A DNA stretch of 64,000 bases, from positions 41,479 to 105,478 of the forward strand of contig CAZCIZ010000001.1 in assembly GCA_964498995.1 (NCBI GenBank), in the 5' to 3' direction. The translations under genes were made by a program, and so were the position numbers. This DNA comes from an uncultured Clostridia bacterium (lineage in GTDB: Bacteria; Bacillota; Natranaerobiia; Natranaerobiales; Natranaerofabaceae). Below are positions 42,172-52,230 of this stretch, piece by piece (position 1 is the first letter of the stretch; every line of letters starts with the position of its first letter). The notes under the pieces were generated by a model, which saw nothing but the letters and a program-made list of their open reading frames with translations, did not search any database and was not told the DNA's origin.

Positions 42172-43243
42172 CTTTTAGATTATATTCGTCCTTTTGCCTA
42201 ATATAATCACCTACTCTTAATGCTACTGCCTTTGCTTCAGTAATTGTACTTTCTATATCCTTAGGCCCATGACAGGTCCCTGCAGCAAAGATCCCCCGGG
42301 CATTAGTGTAGCCCGGCTTAAAGGGCTCTTCCCGTAAGAAGAAACCATTTCCATTTAGGTTTAGATTCAATAGCCTGGCAATTTCCTCATTTTCCTTTGT
42401 CGGACGACTTCCAACGGCCAAAAAGATCAAATCATAACGAAATTCGGCAAGTCCGCCCTCAACCGTACAATTGCCCAAGACTTTCAGACCTTCATCGGGA
42501 TCATAAATTATTTTTTCAGGCATAGCATCAATAAAGTTTATCTCATCTTCTTCAACACATTTTTGTTTAAATTCAAGGAACCCTTTTCCAAATGTCTGTA
42601 GGTCTGTATAATATATATCCACTTTAGCTTCGGGGAAATCCCTTTTTAATAACCTTGCCATTCTCAAAGAGTACATGCAGCATACCCTGGAGCAGTACTT
42701 CCCCTCATTTCCTTGCTTTTCTCTACTGCCCACACATTGGACAAAGCAAATCTTTTTAATACCTCCCCGCCCAGGTATGGCATTAGCAAAATTACCATGT
42801 TTTCTGAGAACTTCTTCCAGGTCAAGGCCTGTGAATATGCCCGGATGCTCCCGGTAACCCAAATGAGGTTTTTGAGTTGCATCAAAGACTTCAAATCCGG
42901 TGGCTAGAACCATGGCATCTACATCAAAGGTAGTAAGTTTATCATGTTCATCTTTGATTTGCACAAGGATGGAATTCTTTTTCTTGTTGGTTCCTTCTAT
43001 AGTATGTTTGCAGTAAGTGAAAATATTAGGATGGTTTTCTACTTCTTCAATCTTTTGATCTACAAAGCATGCTCCACATTTTTGACATACATTGTCTATG
43101 GCTTTACAGCAATAAATCAAGGCGTGTCCTCCGATGTGTGATTCTTTTTCTACTATATAGACCTGGTGTCCAGATATAGCTAATTCATATGCCGTAGTTA
43201 ATCCAGCAATGCCTCCTCCAACCACCATTACACTTTTCTGCAA
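42155..43243 (-). CDS. HdrA-like FAD-dependent oxidoreductase (short form, 362 aa)
   Basis: GGGIAGL FAD fingerprint, CxxC-rich cluster site and the HdrA-type CVGSRE...YCSRVCCMY block. TTG start 7 nt after GGAGGG. Confidence 0.75.
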   Translation of the reverse strand: MQKSVMVVGGGIAGLTTAYELAISGHQVYIVEKESHIGGHALIYCCKAIDNVCQKCGACFVDQKIEEVENHPNIFTYCKHTIEGTNKKKNSILVQIKDEHDKLTTFDVDAMVLATGFEVFDATQKPHLGYREHPGIFTGLDLEEVLRKHGNFANAIPGRGGIKKICFVQCVGSREKQGNEGKYCSRVCCMYSLRMARLLKRDFPEAKVDIYYTDLQTFGKGFLEFKQKCVEEDEINFIDAMPEKIIYDPDEGLKVLGNCTVEGGLAEFRYDLIFLAVGSRPTKENEEIARLLNLNLNGNGFFLREEPFKPGYTNARGIFAAGTCHGPKDIESTITEAKAVALRVGDYIRQKDEYNLKEKPGF

Positions 43244-43263
43244 AGGCTAGCCCTCCTCATCAT

Positions 43264-44193
43264 TTAGCTGAAATCTGGACGCGGCAGAAGTTCCGCCTGC
43301 TCGACTATGTCAGGGATAGCTTCCTCCCAGGCGACAGGCATCATGTGAACACCTGCTACACCTTCTATTTCCTGGATCTCTTTGATCTGCTCTACACAGA
43401 ATTTGATTCCTTCTTTCTTCCTGTCTTCAGCACCTTTTATCCTCTGGATAACATCTTCCGGTACTATTATACCAGAGACATGTTTTTGCATATATCTAGC
43501 CGCACCTACTGCCTTTATCGGTATAACACCGGCCATTATTTTAACCTCTTTATGAAGACCCCTTGACCTTACTTCTTCCATCCACCTTTTGAATCTATCC
43601 ATATCGAATATGGCCTGGGTTTGAATGAATTCTACTCCAGCAGCAATCTTTTTCTCCAATCTGTCCACTCTGTATTCAAAAGGGTCAGCAAAGGGGTTAG
43701 CAACTGCACCGATATAAAAGTCACAATCGGATTCAGTCTCTTCACCACCAATGAATTTTTTATCATCCCTCATTTGTTTTAGGGTCCAAATCAGTTGGGT
43801 GGAATCCAAGTCAAAGACGCCTTTTGCTTGAGGTTCGTCACCAAAAGATTGATGGTCTCCTGATAGGCACAGAACATTTTTGATGCCATGGGTGTTTGCA
43901 CCGAGCAAATCACTTTGTAACCCTATTCTATTTCTATCCCTAACTGTCATCTGTAAGATCGGCTCTATTCCATATTCTTGCAATTTTATACAAGTAGCGA
44001 GGCTTGATACCCTGACGATGGCCGTCTGATTATCCGTTACATTAAAAGCATCCACCATATTTTTATATTCTTTAGCATGTTCTAGCATTTCATCTATATT
44101 CGGCCCTTTTGGAGGACCTACCTCGGCTGTCACCGCAAACTCTCCACTTTCTAGTACTTTTTTTAAGTTAGTATTAGCTTTCAAGTTCAACAT
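43264..44193 (-). CDS. metF: Methylenetetrahydrofolate reductase catalytic subunit
   Basis: 309 aa MTHFR TIM-barrel sequence, immediately downstream of metV. Confidence 0.9.
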   Translation of the reverse strand: MLNLKANTNLKKVLESGEFAVTAEVGPPKGPNIDEMLEHAKEYKNMVDAFNVTDNQTAIVRVSSLATCIKLQEYGIEPILQMTVRDRNRIGLQSDLLGANTHGIKNVLCLSGDHQSFGDEPQAKGVFDLDSTQLIWTLKQMRDDKKFIGGEETESDCDFYIGAVANPFADPFEYRVDRLEKKIAAGVEFIQTQAIFDMDRFKRWMEEVRSRGLHKEVKIMAGVIPIKAVGAARYMQKHVSGIIVPEDVIQRIKGAEDRKKEGIKFCVEQIKEIQEIEGVAGVHMMPVAWEEAIPDIVEQAELLPRPDFS

Positions 44194-44848
44194 CCTCCCT
44201 CACCTGTTTTCTTGGGCCGCCTGAATGAGAAGTTGACCAGTCTTTAGGCGGTTCGAATGTGTTCATCCTATCTGTCATTCCCAGTTCCTTTAACCTATCA
44301 TATATCAGGTGCCAGCCACATTCAAGTTCTGTATCTATTTCACATTTTCCGTCCTGGGATCCTCCACAAGGTCCATTTAGCATGCTCTTTGTACACCTGG
44401 CAATGGGGCAGATACCCATGGTTTTATCAAGGACGCAATCGCCACAGGCAAGACACCTTTCTACCCAGACCCCTTGCTCCTTTGGCATTCCAATGAAAGT
44501 TGTATCCACCGCGGGAAGTACTTTCACCTCTGGATATTTTTCTATAATGGTTTGAGGTCCAGCACCACATGCCATGGATAAAATAACGTCATAGTCCTTT
44601 AATTCTGCTTCAAGCTCCTCTACAAATTCAAATTCGCACTGACGTTCCATGCTGGTATAATCTACTTGAACATCCTTGCCTTCTTTTTTATTGTATAGAT
44701 CTATTGTCCTCGCTAAAGCTTCAGCTTCTTTATCCCCACCGGCTAAACACACAGCAACACAGGTTCTACAACCTAACACCAGTATTTTTTTAAAAGGTTT
44801 AATATTTTCTAGTATACTATCCATGGACTTTCTTTCGGCAATTATCAT
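44174..44848 (-). CDS. metV: Methylene-THF reductase Fe-S/zinc subunit MetV
   Basis: 224 aa, Cys-rich (CRTCVAVC, CLACGDC, CPIARC, GPCGG). Overlaps metF by 20 nt. Confidence 0.8.
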   Translation of the reverse strand: MIIAERKSMDSILENIKPFKKILVLGCRTCVAVCLAGGDKEAEALARTIDLYNKKEGKDVQVDYTSMERQCEFEFVEELEAELKDYDVILSMACGAGPQTIIEKYPEVKVLPAVDTTFIGMPKEQGVWVERCLACGDCVLDKTMGICPIARCTKSMLNGPCGGSQDGKCEIDTELECGWHLIYDRLKELGMTDRMNTFEPPKDWSTSHSGGPRKQVREDVELES

Positions 44849-45258
44849 CTCGACACCTTCCCTTCTTCTATTGGACCTAAATTTATAAGGTTTTCATACA
44901 TTGTATTAATGGCTTCACGAAATGAAAACTCATCGTTAGCTGCTATAGGAACCACCTTTATACGATCAGTAGAAATACCGATTTCATCTATTATCTTCTT
45001 CACACTTTCTACTCTCTTTTCCATCTGTTCATTTCCCGTTAGATGCTTACAGTTCTCATAGGGGCATGGGATAAGCAGCAGCCCATCGCCGTCTTCTTTT
45101 AGAGCCTTCAAAATTTCATTGTTACCTACCTGCCCACAGCAGGGGACCTTTACCACGGTGACATTGTCGGGGATTTCATTTCTAGGAATTTTATTAGCAA
45201 TCAAAAAAGAAGAATTTTCACAGCAAAAGACCTTTACCTTAGGTTCAAATTCATTCAC
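44845..45258 (-). CDS. mvhD: MvhD-like (methyl-viologen-reducing hydrogenase delta subunit family) protein
   Basis: 137 aa with an FCCENS ... CCGQV pattern. Translationally coupled (4-nt overlaps) to both neighbours. Confidence 0.8.
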   Translation of the reverse strand: MNEFEPKVKVFCCENSSFLIANKIPRNEIPDNVTVVKVPCCGQVGNNEILKALKEDGDGLLLIPCPYENCKHLTGNEQMEKRVESVKKIIDEIGISTDRIKVVPIAANDEFSFREAINTMYENLINLGPIEEGKVSR

Positions 45259-46547
45259 AGCTGTTCTCTCCCTTCCGGCCCTATTTGTTCCCTAATATTT
45301 AGACCATCAGGATACTTTATGGCGTAGTTTGGACATTCAGCGACACAAATCCCGCATCCTTCACAAGCTGGCCTGTGAATTCGACATTGTCCTCCTTTAG
45401 GGTCCATGTACACGGCATCCCAAGGACAAATCCTCAGACACGTTAAACAGGTTACACATTCTTGAGGCCCTAGAATAAAAGGCCTTTTTTCTATCCAATC
45501 TTTATAAGTTAACAGAGTTCTATAGATCATTTCGGCAGCCGCTTCCGCTTCGGAGATTATATTCCAAAGGAAATCAGGCTTTCTGCATGCACCTACAGCG
45601 TATACACCCAACTTACTGGTTTTTACGGGGAGTAAATGATAGTTGTCTTCTTGCAAGAATTCCGTATATTTACATCTGTTTACCTTTAGACGATCTGCTA
45701 GGCTTTTCGTATCTCTAGTGGGAACAAAGCCCTCGTTAAAAACTACGTAATCGCTTTTCAAAGTGAAATCACGCACATTTGAAAAGCTGAAGGAGTCAGT
45801 ATAATTGAGTATGAATTTATCGTCTCTAAAATCAACGGTCTTACTGGCAACTCGTACAAAAAATATACCTTCTCGCTCACATTTTCGGTACAAATCTTCC
45901 AGGTACTCTTCATTTACTTTTATTTCGTCGTAAAAATAATACACATCATGTCCGGCTTTTTTAAGCATATATGCATTCTTTAAGGCAACACCAGGCCCTA
46001 CTACAAAGTCATCCTCTTCAACTATCATAGCAATGGATAGCTTTTTAGAAGTATTTCTCAATTCATCCAGCTTTTCTTCAAGCTCCATCATAGTTATAGC
46101 TCTACCCGGGTATTCTAAGTTTAGACTATCATGCAAAATGAAATCATTTCCAGTAGCAAAAACCACACTGCCCACATTTATGGCCTTTTTACCAAAGGAA
46201 CCCTCTATATCGCTAATGAAGTCGCCTGCACGCCCTTTAACATTATCTACTGTTGTTTTCTTATATACGGTAACATAAGGATTATTTTCGACTGCATCCC
46301 TTTTTTCCTCAACAAGCTGCCATGGCTTTACTTCAGTATGGTAGAAAGAGGAGACCCTCTTAAGTTGGCCTCCGAGCGTCTCCTCTTTTTCTACAAGAAT
46401 AGAAGGAATCTTTTCCTTTGATAATTTTTCAGCACAGGTCAGGCCTGCTATCCCCCCGCCAATAATCAGTGTCGTCGGCTCATAATTTTCGACTCCGGGA
46501 AGCTTTGAAGCTCTCGAGTTAGCGGTTGGCTTTTGGGAATCGCCCAT
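45255..46547 (-). CDS. HdrA-like FAD oxidoreductase with a C-terminal 2x[4Fe-4S] ferredoxin domain
   Basis: 430 aa with the IIGGGIAGL fingerprint and C-terminal CxxCxxCxxxCP and CxxCxxCxxxCP motifs. Confidence 0.75.
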   Translation of the reverse strand: MGDSQKPTANSRASKLPGVENYEPTTLIIGGGIAGLTCAEKLSKEKIPSILVEKEETLGGQLKRVSSFYHTEVKPWQLVEEKRDAVENNPYVTVYKKTTVDNVKGRAGDFISDIEGSFGKKAINVGSVVFATGNDFILHDSLNLEYPGRAITMMELEEKLDELRNTSKKLSIAMIVEEDDFVVGPGVALKNAYMLKKAGHDVYYFYDEIKVNEEYLEDLYRKCEREGIFFVRVASKTVDFRDDKFILNYTDSFSFSNVRDFTLKSDYVVFNEGFVPTRDTKSLADRLKVNRCKYTEFLQEDNYHLLPVKTSKLGVYAVGACRKPDFLWNIISEAEAAAEMIYRTLLTYKDWIEKRPFILGPQECVTCLTCLRICPWDAVYMDPKGGQCRIHRPACEGCGICVAECPNYAIKYPDGLNIREQIGPEGREQL

Positions 46548-46575
46548 AAGATTCCTCCTCCTTTGATGTCACATC

Positions 46576-47385
<810 letters not shown>

Positions 47386-47396
47386 TTATATAAAAT

Positions 47397-48371
47397 TTAG
47401 TAACTGTTATCCTGCATAAGCTCATCAATATTTTTCTTAACCATCTCTACCGCTCTTGGATGACGCATTACCAATATATCAAGGCCACCCTGCAGTAATG
47501 AAGTAGCAGTTATAGCTTCCCACATGATAGCCCTATTTTCTAGCTCACCCCAGCCGGGGAAATCCTCTACAGGAGCTTTGGTCTCTTTCGCTCTCCAACC
47601 TTCTTCCCCGATCATTCCAATCATTGGCATAGCAAGCATATTGTCACCTTGAAGGGCTCCCATTCTCGCCCTTTCCATGATTGAATAACCATATTCAATA
47701 CCATATCCAAGAGCACCTATAGTGGGGTCAATTACAATCTTGGAAAGATCCAGTCCCATCTCATTGATCAAGATGTTTAACTGCTTGCAGATATTGATGT
47801 CGATAGGTGATTTAGCGATTACCGTGTGATTGTGCACCATACAAGCAGCTGTTATGGATTTATAGTTTTCTTCCTCGGTTACCCCTAGAAGAAGATTCTC
47901 TCCCGCTGTTTCTTCTGCCACCTTTGGTATTACCTCGTTATCTTTCTCTTCTTTACGACAACCATATACCATCAAAGGTACATCCACGGCTTCTAGCACT
48001 TCTTTTACTACCTTTACACACTCTTCCGGTGACTTATCCCCCTCATCTGGATGGGCCCCCTGAAGTCTAAGACAAATAAAGTCAGCACCATACTCTTCCA
48101 CGTTTTTCTTAGCCCACTCGGCAGGGTTATCTAGGACATCGCTAAAGGGTTTTTTAAGATTATCTTCCCAGCCTTCTGGATTTATATCCCAAACCTCCAT
48201 AGCCACTACAGGCCTGTTTGGCATATCTCCTTCATAGTGCTGATATGGTAGAGTAGATTCTCCACCAACAGTAATTGTATGACCTCTCGTGCCGCCATCC
48301 TCTTTAGTTGCGCCGAGGACAACCTCCCTTACTTTACTTCTATAACGTTCTTTATCTAATGAAAAAGCCAT
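47397..48371 (-). CDS. acsD: Corrinoid iron-sulfur protein small subunit
   Basis: 324 aa, adjacent to acsC and acsE. Typical size and sequence for the delta subunit. Confidence 0.88.
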   Translation of the reverse strand: MAFSLDKERYRSKVREVVLGATKEDGGTRGHTITVGGESTLPYQHYEGDMPNRPVVAMEVWDINPEGWEDNLKKPFSDVLDNPAEWAKKNVEEYGADFICLRLQGAHPDEGDKSPEECVKVVKEVLEAVDVPLMVYGCRKEEKDNEVIPKVAEETAGENLLLGVTEEENYKSITAACMVHNHTVIAKSPIDINICKQLNILINEMGLDLSKIVIDPTIGALGYGIEYGYSIMERARMGALQGDNMLAMPMIGMIGEEGWRAKETKAPVEDFPGWGELENRAIMWEAITATSLLQGGLDILVMRHPRAVEMVKKNIDELMQDNSY

Positions 48372-48491
48372 ATCATCTTCTCTCCTTTCGTTTAGTTTTT
48401 GGATGCAGGTTAATGGACTTTAGGCGGCAGGGAGCCTTCCTGCCGCTCATAAAAATGTCCCAATTAAATTTATTAAATTTAGTTGATTGTT

Positions 48492-49826
48492 TTAGCCAAA
48501 GCGTTCTTTTACAAATCCTGGTATATCCGCGGCTTCTCTTGGGCCTACTATTACCTCCCAGCCTGATTCTTCTTGCAGTTTACCACTCAATACCGCAACA
48601 TGGCCTGGAATTATAATCTTTTTGTGAGAAACAAGATCTTCAAGCCCGGTGTCCTTAATGGCCTGGGTTATTGCTTCAGGCGAAAACTTACCTGCAGCCC
48701 AAGCAGTTAGAACGGAAGTACCGTCAGTATCTACCGGCAGGATATAAGATGGTACCCTGCTTTCTTCAACTTCACCTTCAACAAGATAATACGTCAAGGA
48801 GAAGTTCACAGTCAGATAAACTAGGGCGTTCTCATCAGGGTCTCCTACCGCACCGATTTTTTGTTCAACGGTGATTGGCTTCTGTGGATCGGTAAATAGG
48901 TTTTGTCTCCAGGAAAGAAGGGGAAGTACTTCTTCTTTTTCCCTGGCCGAGTTCAACACTACTACGCCCGCATATTTGGACACAAAGGATGTAGCCTGGA
49001 CGATATCCTCCATGGGATCTTCTTTTGTAGTAAAAGCAATGGCAGGATAGCCAAAAGGCCTGTGCTTTTTCCTAACAGCTTGGCGCCTAATTTGAGTCAT
49101 ATCAGCTATTACTTGAGAAGTTTCCCTGGCACCACTGTCTAGAACCAGGTTTTTATGTCCTGCTTCATGAATTTTTTCTACCAGACTGTTGGTGCTTTCT
49201 AGACCATTACCCTTAACTCCCAGGGGTAGGTTATCATCTTTTACTAGCTCTAACATCTTTTCATAATTGTCTTCAGTAGCTGGATATACTAGAGGATTCT
49301 CATCCTTAGCAACTTCAAGGCCTGCTTTCATGATTTCAGGATCTTCACTCATCAAGATCATTGCATGGTTGCCTTCATTTTTTACCGTTTCAACTGCCTG
49401 TTTGAACTTATCTGGATCTTTTGACTCGGCTTCGATTGCTACCAATTCAACCTTATACTCAAGCCCAACCCTCTCATAAGTTGAGTTCTCATTAATCTTT
49501 TTAATCTCTTCAGAAACATCATCATTGTCACTGACTTTAAAAGCAACACCTGTAGGATGATAAAAGGTCTTTTCATGCCTAAACAGCTCGGTCTCGTCTC
49601 CTATTTCCTTCTTCTTATCACCCTTCCCTATCTCAACCAGCTTGATCGGTGGCGCTGCTGCTGCATCCAATGCCTCTCTAGCCTCATCACTAACATATGG
49701 ACAGGAATCCAGTTTAGCCTTTCCTGCCGCCAGGTTCATAGCAAATGCAAGGCAGGTAGGAGGTCCACATTCTCCACAGTTTGTTTTTGGTAAGTGTTTA
49801 TAAATTTCTAATCCTGTAAGTGCCAC
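48492..49826 (-). CDS. acsC: Corrinoid iron-sulfur protein large subunit
   Basis: 444 aa with the N-terminal [4Fe-4S] motif CGECGPPTC...C. Confidence 0.92.
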   Translation of the reverse strand: MALTGLEIYKHLPKTNCGECGPPTCLAFAMNLAAGKAKLDSCPYVSDEAREALDAAAAPPIKLVEIGKGDKKKEIGDETELFRHEKTFYHPTGVAFKVSDNDDVSEEIKKINENSTYERVGLEYKVELVAIEAESKDPDKFKQAVETVKNEGNHAMILMSEDPEIMKAGLEVAKDENPLVYPATEDNYEKMLELVKDDNLPLGVKGNGLESTNSLVEKIHEAGHKNLVLDSGARETSQVIADMTQIRRQAVRKKHRPFGYPAIAFTTKEDPMEDIVQATSFVSKYAGVVVLNSAREKEEVLPLLSWRQNLFTDPQKPITVEQKIGAVGDPDENALVYLTVNFSLTYYLVEGEVEESRVPSYILPVDTDGTSVLTAWAAGKFSPEAITQAIKDTGLEDLVSHKKIIIPGHVAVLSGKLQEESGWEVIVGPREAADIPGFVKERFG

Positions 49827-49973
49827 AGTTTCATCCCCTTTCTTTTGTTTTTGGTTAATTTACCCCCTGCGCCCAGCTTGAATAAAAGCCCGGCCGCAGG
49901 GGATAATTTTTTGTTTAAGGTCATTCAAATTTTTAAATTACATTCAATCAAATCCATTCTATCAGGGGCCTGA

Positions 49974-52157
49974 TTACATCAATGGATCCATTGACAGTGC
50001 CGGATGATCTTTTTCCTGCAAGAATGACAGAATTTCATCGGCAGTTTCTCCTACATCTTCGTCGGCAATTTTATCCACAAAATCCTCACCAAGACCATCC
50101 TCTGCAGCACGCTTTCTCAGATCGTCACCCAAAAACTCTTTTAAGCTCTTTGGCATCCAGATAACCCTGGCAAGACCTCCATCGGCCTGAATGAACTTAG
50201 GACTAAGCACATATGTCCTTCCAACACCCATGAATCCAGGCGTCTGCACACCTCCACCAACTGAGCCTGCCAAGGTGGAGAAGTTCATGCCGGACGGCGT
50301 CATTCCACCGTGATCCCTAGTGGTTATCATTACTCCATTTGCTTCAGGTACCATGGCGATAATAGCTTCAAAACAACCGCAGGATGTCATAGGATGCTCT
50401 AGGAGTGTATAAAGATTAACCATCTCAACATTTCTATTTGAGTCTTTATAAAACTGCTCGTTTACAGATTCCCACATCCCTTTGTGCTCGTCTATTGTTC
50501 CTTTTACTTCCACTGGCTGGTTTGGACCGTGAGGATCCATCTCATTTGATGCCTTAGCATCCAACCAACTGATGGCTCCACAAAGCCCAACCCTATCAGG
50601 AGTTATCATGCAGACATGATTTGGTGCAAAAGACTGACAAAGCAAGCAAGTGTAGAATTCATCTACGGACTCGTCATTTAGCTGAGCAATCTTCTCGTCC
50701 CTTTCTCTATACCTTTCTCTTGCATCACCGATCTCTTCATTTACCTTATTTTCGTCAGTCAGGATGGTTACCTGGATCCGGTCGATTACCTGGGAGAAGT
50801 CCTGCTTTAACTTGCTCTTTAGAATTTCTCCAAAATGTTTCATTCTAAAGCCTTTCTCATAGGCATCCTTACTAACCCTGATCCAGACAAAGTCACGCTG
50901 GGCAACGTGCCATAGGCCCTCACCAAAGTTTGTAAAGCCGTGAATCCTTCTTTCAAGAACTCCCTCGAAATCCCGCTGCATTTTACGTCCATAGACGTCC
51001 ACGATTATTCCCAGGGGCAGGGATCCACCTTCTTCTATCTCGTCTATATCAGGTCCTTCGTGGATTACTTTATCGTCTTCAATATCTTCCCTGTCTTCGA
51101 CCATCCTAACCAGTTCAAAGGCTGTAGAAGACTTGCCGCCAAACTCAGCGTGCATATCTCCCTTTCTGATGGTCTCACCTTCAAAAGCTGGCCCTACGGT
51201 AATGGGAGCATCTATATCGACAACGTCTAGCTTGATTCCCCTGAGCTCCATTCCCAACTTAACCATTTCACTGTAATCCTGCTCACATTCGTACCAGTCT
51301 GGAATTCTAAATTCATCTCCTAGATCCTGGTCAGTTATAACCGCAAAGCCTAGGAAGATAGCTCCAAAGTGAGCAGCTGCTTTAACATCGTCAATCTCGC
51401 CAAGATGAAGTACAAAACAGCGAACCCTTCTCTGCTGATAGTCCCTATGAGCTTCCCTTTCTCCGGGTCCAATACCACCAAAAGCCATACCTGCCCGAAG
51501 CGCGTAGTTTACAGCATGAATAACCTGGGTGAAGTTACCCACTGGGAAAGCTATATAGTCTACTCCCAACTTCATATCCTCTTCTATCAGTTGCTCGATC
51601 ACCTCATCAGCGATAAAGAGCATCATACCTTTACTCTGTAGATCTCTGACAAGCTCTGCTGCCTCTTTAGAAGACCTGGCTCTTCCAAGGATAACTGTCT
51701 GTCCTGGTATAGTCCAGTCAACCAACTGGATTCCATACTTTCTTAATATCGGGTCTCTTATGAATCCCGTCCATGGATCAACATGGGGTTCCTCTTCTCT
51801 TACATACCTCAAAGCTTCGATAATTTCTGCTGCATACAGGGTTGCTTCTCCAGCCAGTCTTGCATTCTCAAAAGTATATTCTTCTTTAACCTGCTGGCGC
51901 ATTCTATTTAATATTGGTGGTAGTTCACCCAATGTCTCTACTTTTTCCCCACTAAGAGAAGTCATGACCGGCAGGTGATAAGCGGTATCCGGATATTTTA
52001 CTTCCTGATCCTCTCCGTATTCTCTAATAGCCTGGTTCATAAGGATCTCTGCATAACCAAGGGCTACTATTGTGCCATCTATAGCTTTCTTAAAAAGCTT
52101 TTTTGGCGGTTGTTCTAATTCCTCCAGTGCACCTTCATAAATCTCTTCAAATGACAT
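49974..52157 (-). CDS. acsB: Acetyl-CoA synthase (CODH/ACS alpha subunit)
   Basis: 727 aa with the A-cluster region CLLCQSFAPNHVC...CGA...CGCFE. Confidence 0.95.
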   Translation of the reverse strand: MSFEEIYEGALEELEQPPKKLFKKAIDGTIVALGYAEILMNQAIREYGEDQEVKYPDTAYHLPVMTSLSGEKVETLGELPPILNRMRQQVKEEYTFENARLAGEATLYAAEIIEALRYVREEEPHVDPWTGFIRDPILRKYGIQLVDWTIPGQTVILGRARSSKEAAELVRDLQSKGMMLFIADEVIEQLIEEDMKLGVDYIAFPVGNFTQVIHAVNYALRAGMAFGGIGPGEREAHRDYQQRRVRCFVLHLGEIDDVKAAAHFGAIFLGFAVITDQDLGDEFRIPDWYECEQDYSEMVKLGMELRGIKLDVVDIDAPITVGPAFEGETIRKGDMHAEFGGKSSTAFELVRMVEDREDIEDDKVIHEGPDIDEIEEGGSLPLGIIVDVYGRKMQRDFEGVLERRIHGFTNFGEGLWHVAQRDFVWIRVSKDAYEKGFRMKHFGEILKSKLKQDFSQVIDRIQVTILTDENKVNEEIGDARERYRERDEKIAQLNDESVDEFYTCLLCQSFAPNHVCMITPDRVGLCGAISWLDAKASNEMDPHGPNQPVEVKGTIDEHKGMWESVNEQFYKDSNRNVEMVNLYTLLEHPMTSCGCFEAIIAMVPEANGVMITTRDHGGMTPSGMNFSTLAGSVGGGVQTPGFMGVGRTYVLSPKFIQADGGLARVIWMPKSLKEFLGDDLRKRAAEDGLGEDFVDKIADEDVGETADEILSFLQEKDHPALSMDPLM

Positions 52158-52230
52158 CTAATTTCCTCCTTTCAAATAGTCGGTTATCTAAAAACCTTAC
52201 TTCTTAACTGGCTAATATCCTTTAGTACTC

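Noticed and set aside
42155-43243. Short hdrA-like gene as a truncated pseudogene.
   Set aside because: It has its own RBS and TTG start, an intact N-terminal FAD fingerprint and conserved Cys blocks, and a terminator at its 3' end. Nothing indicates a frameshift or truncation.
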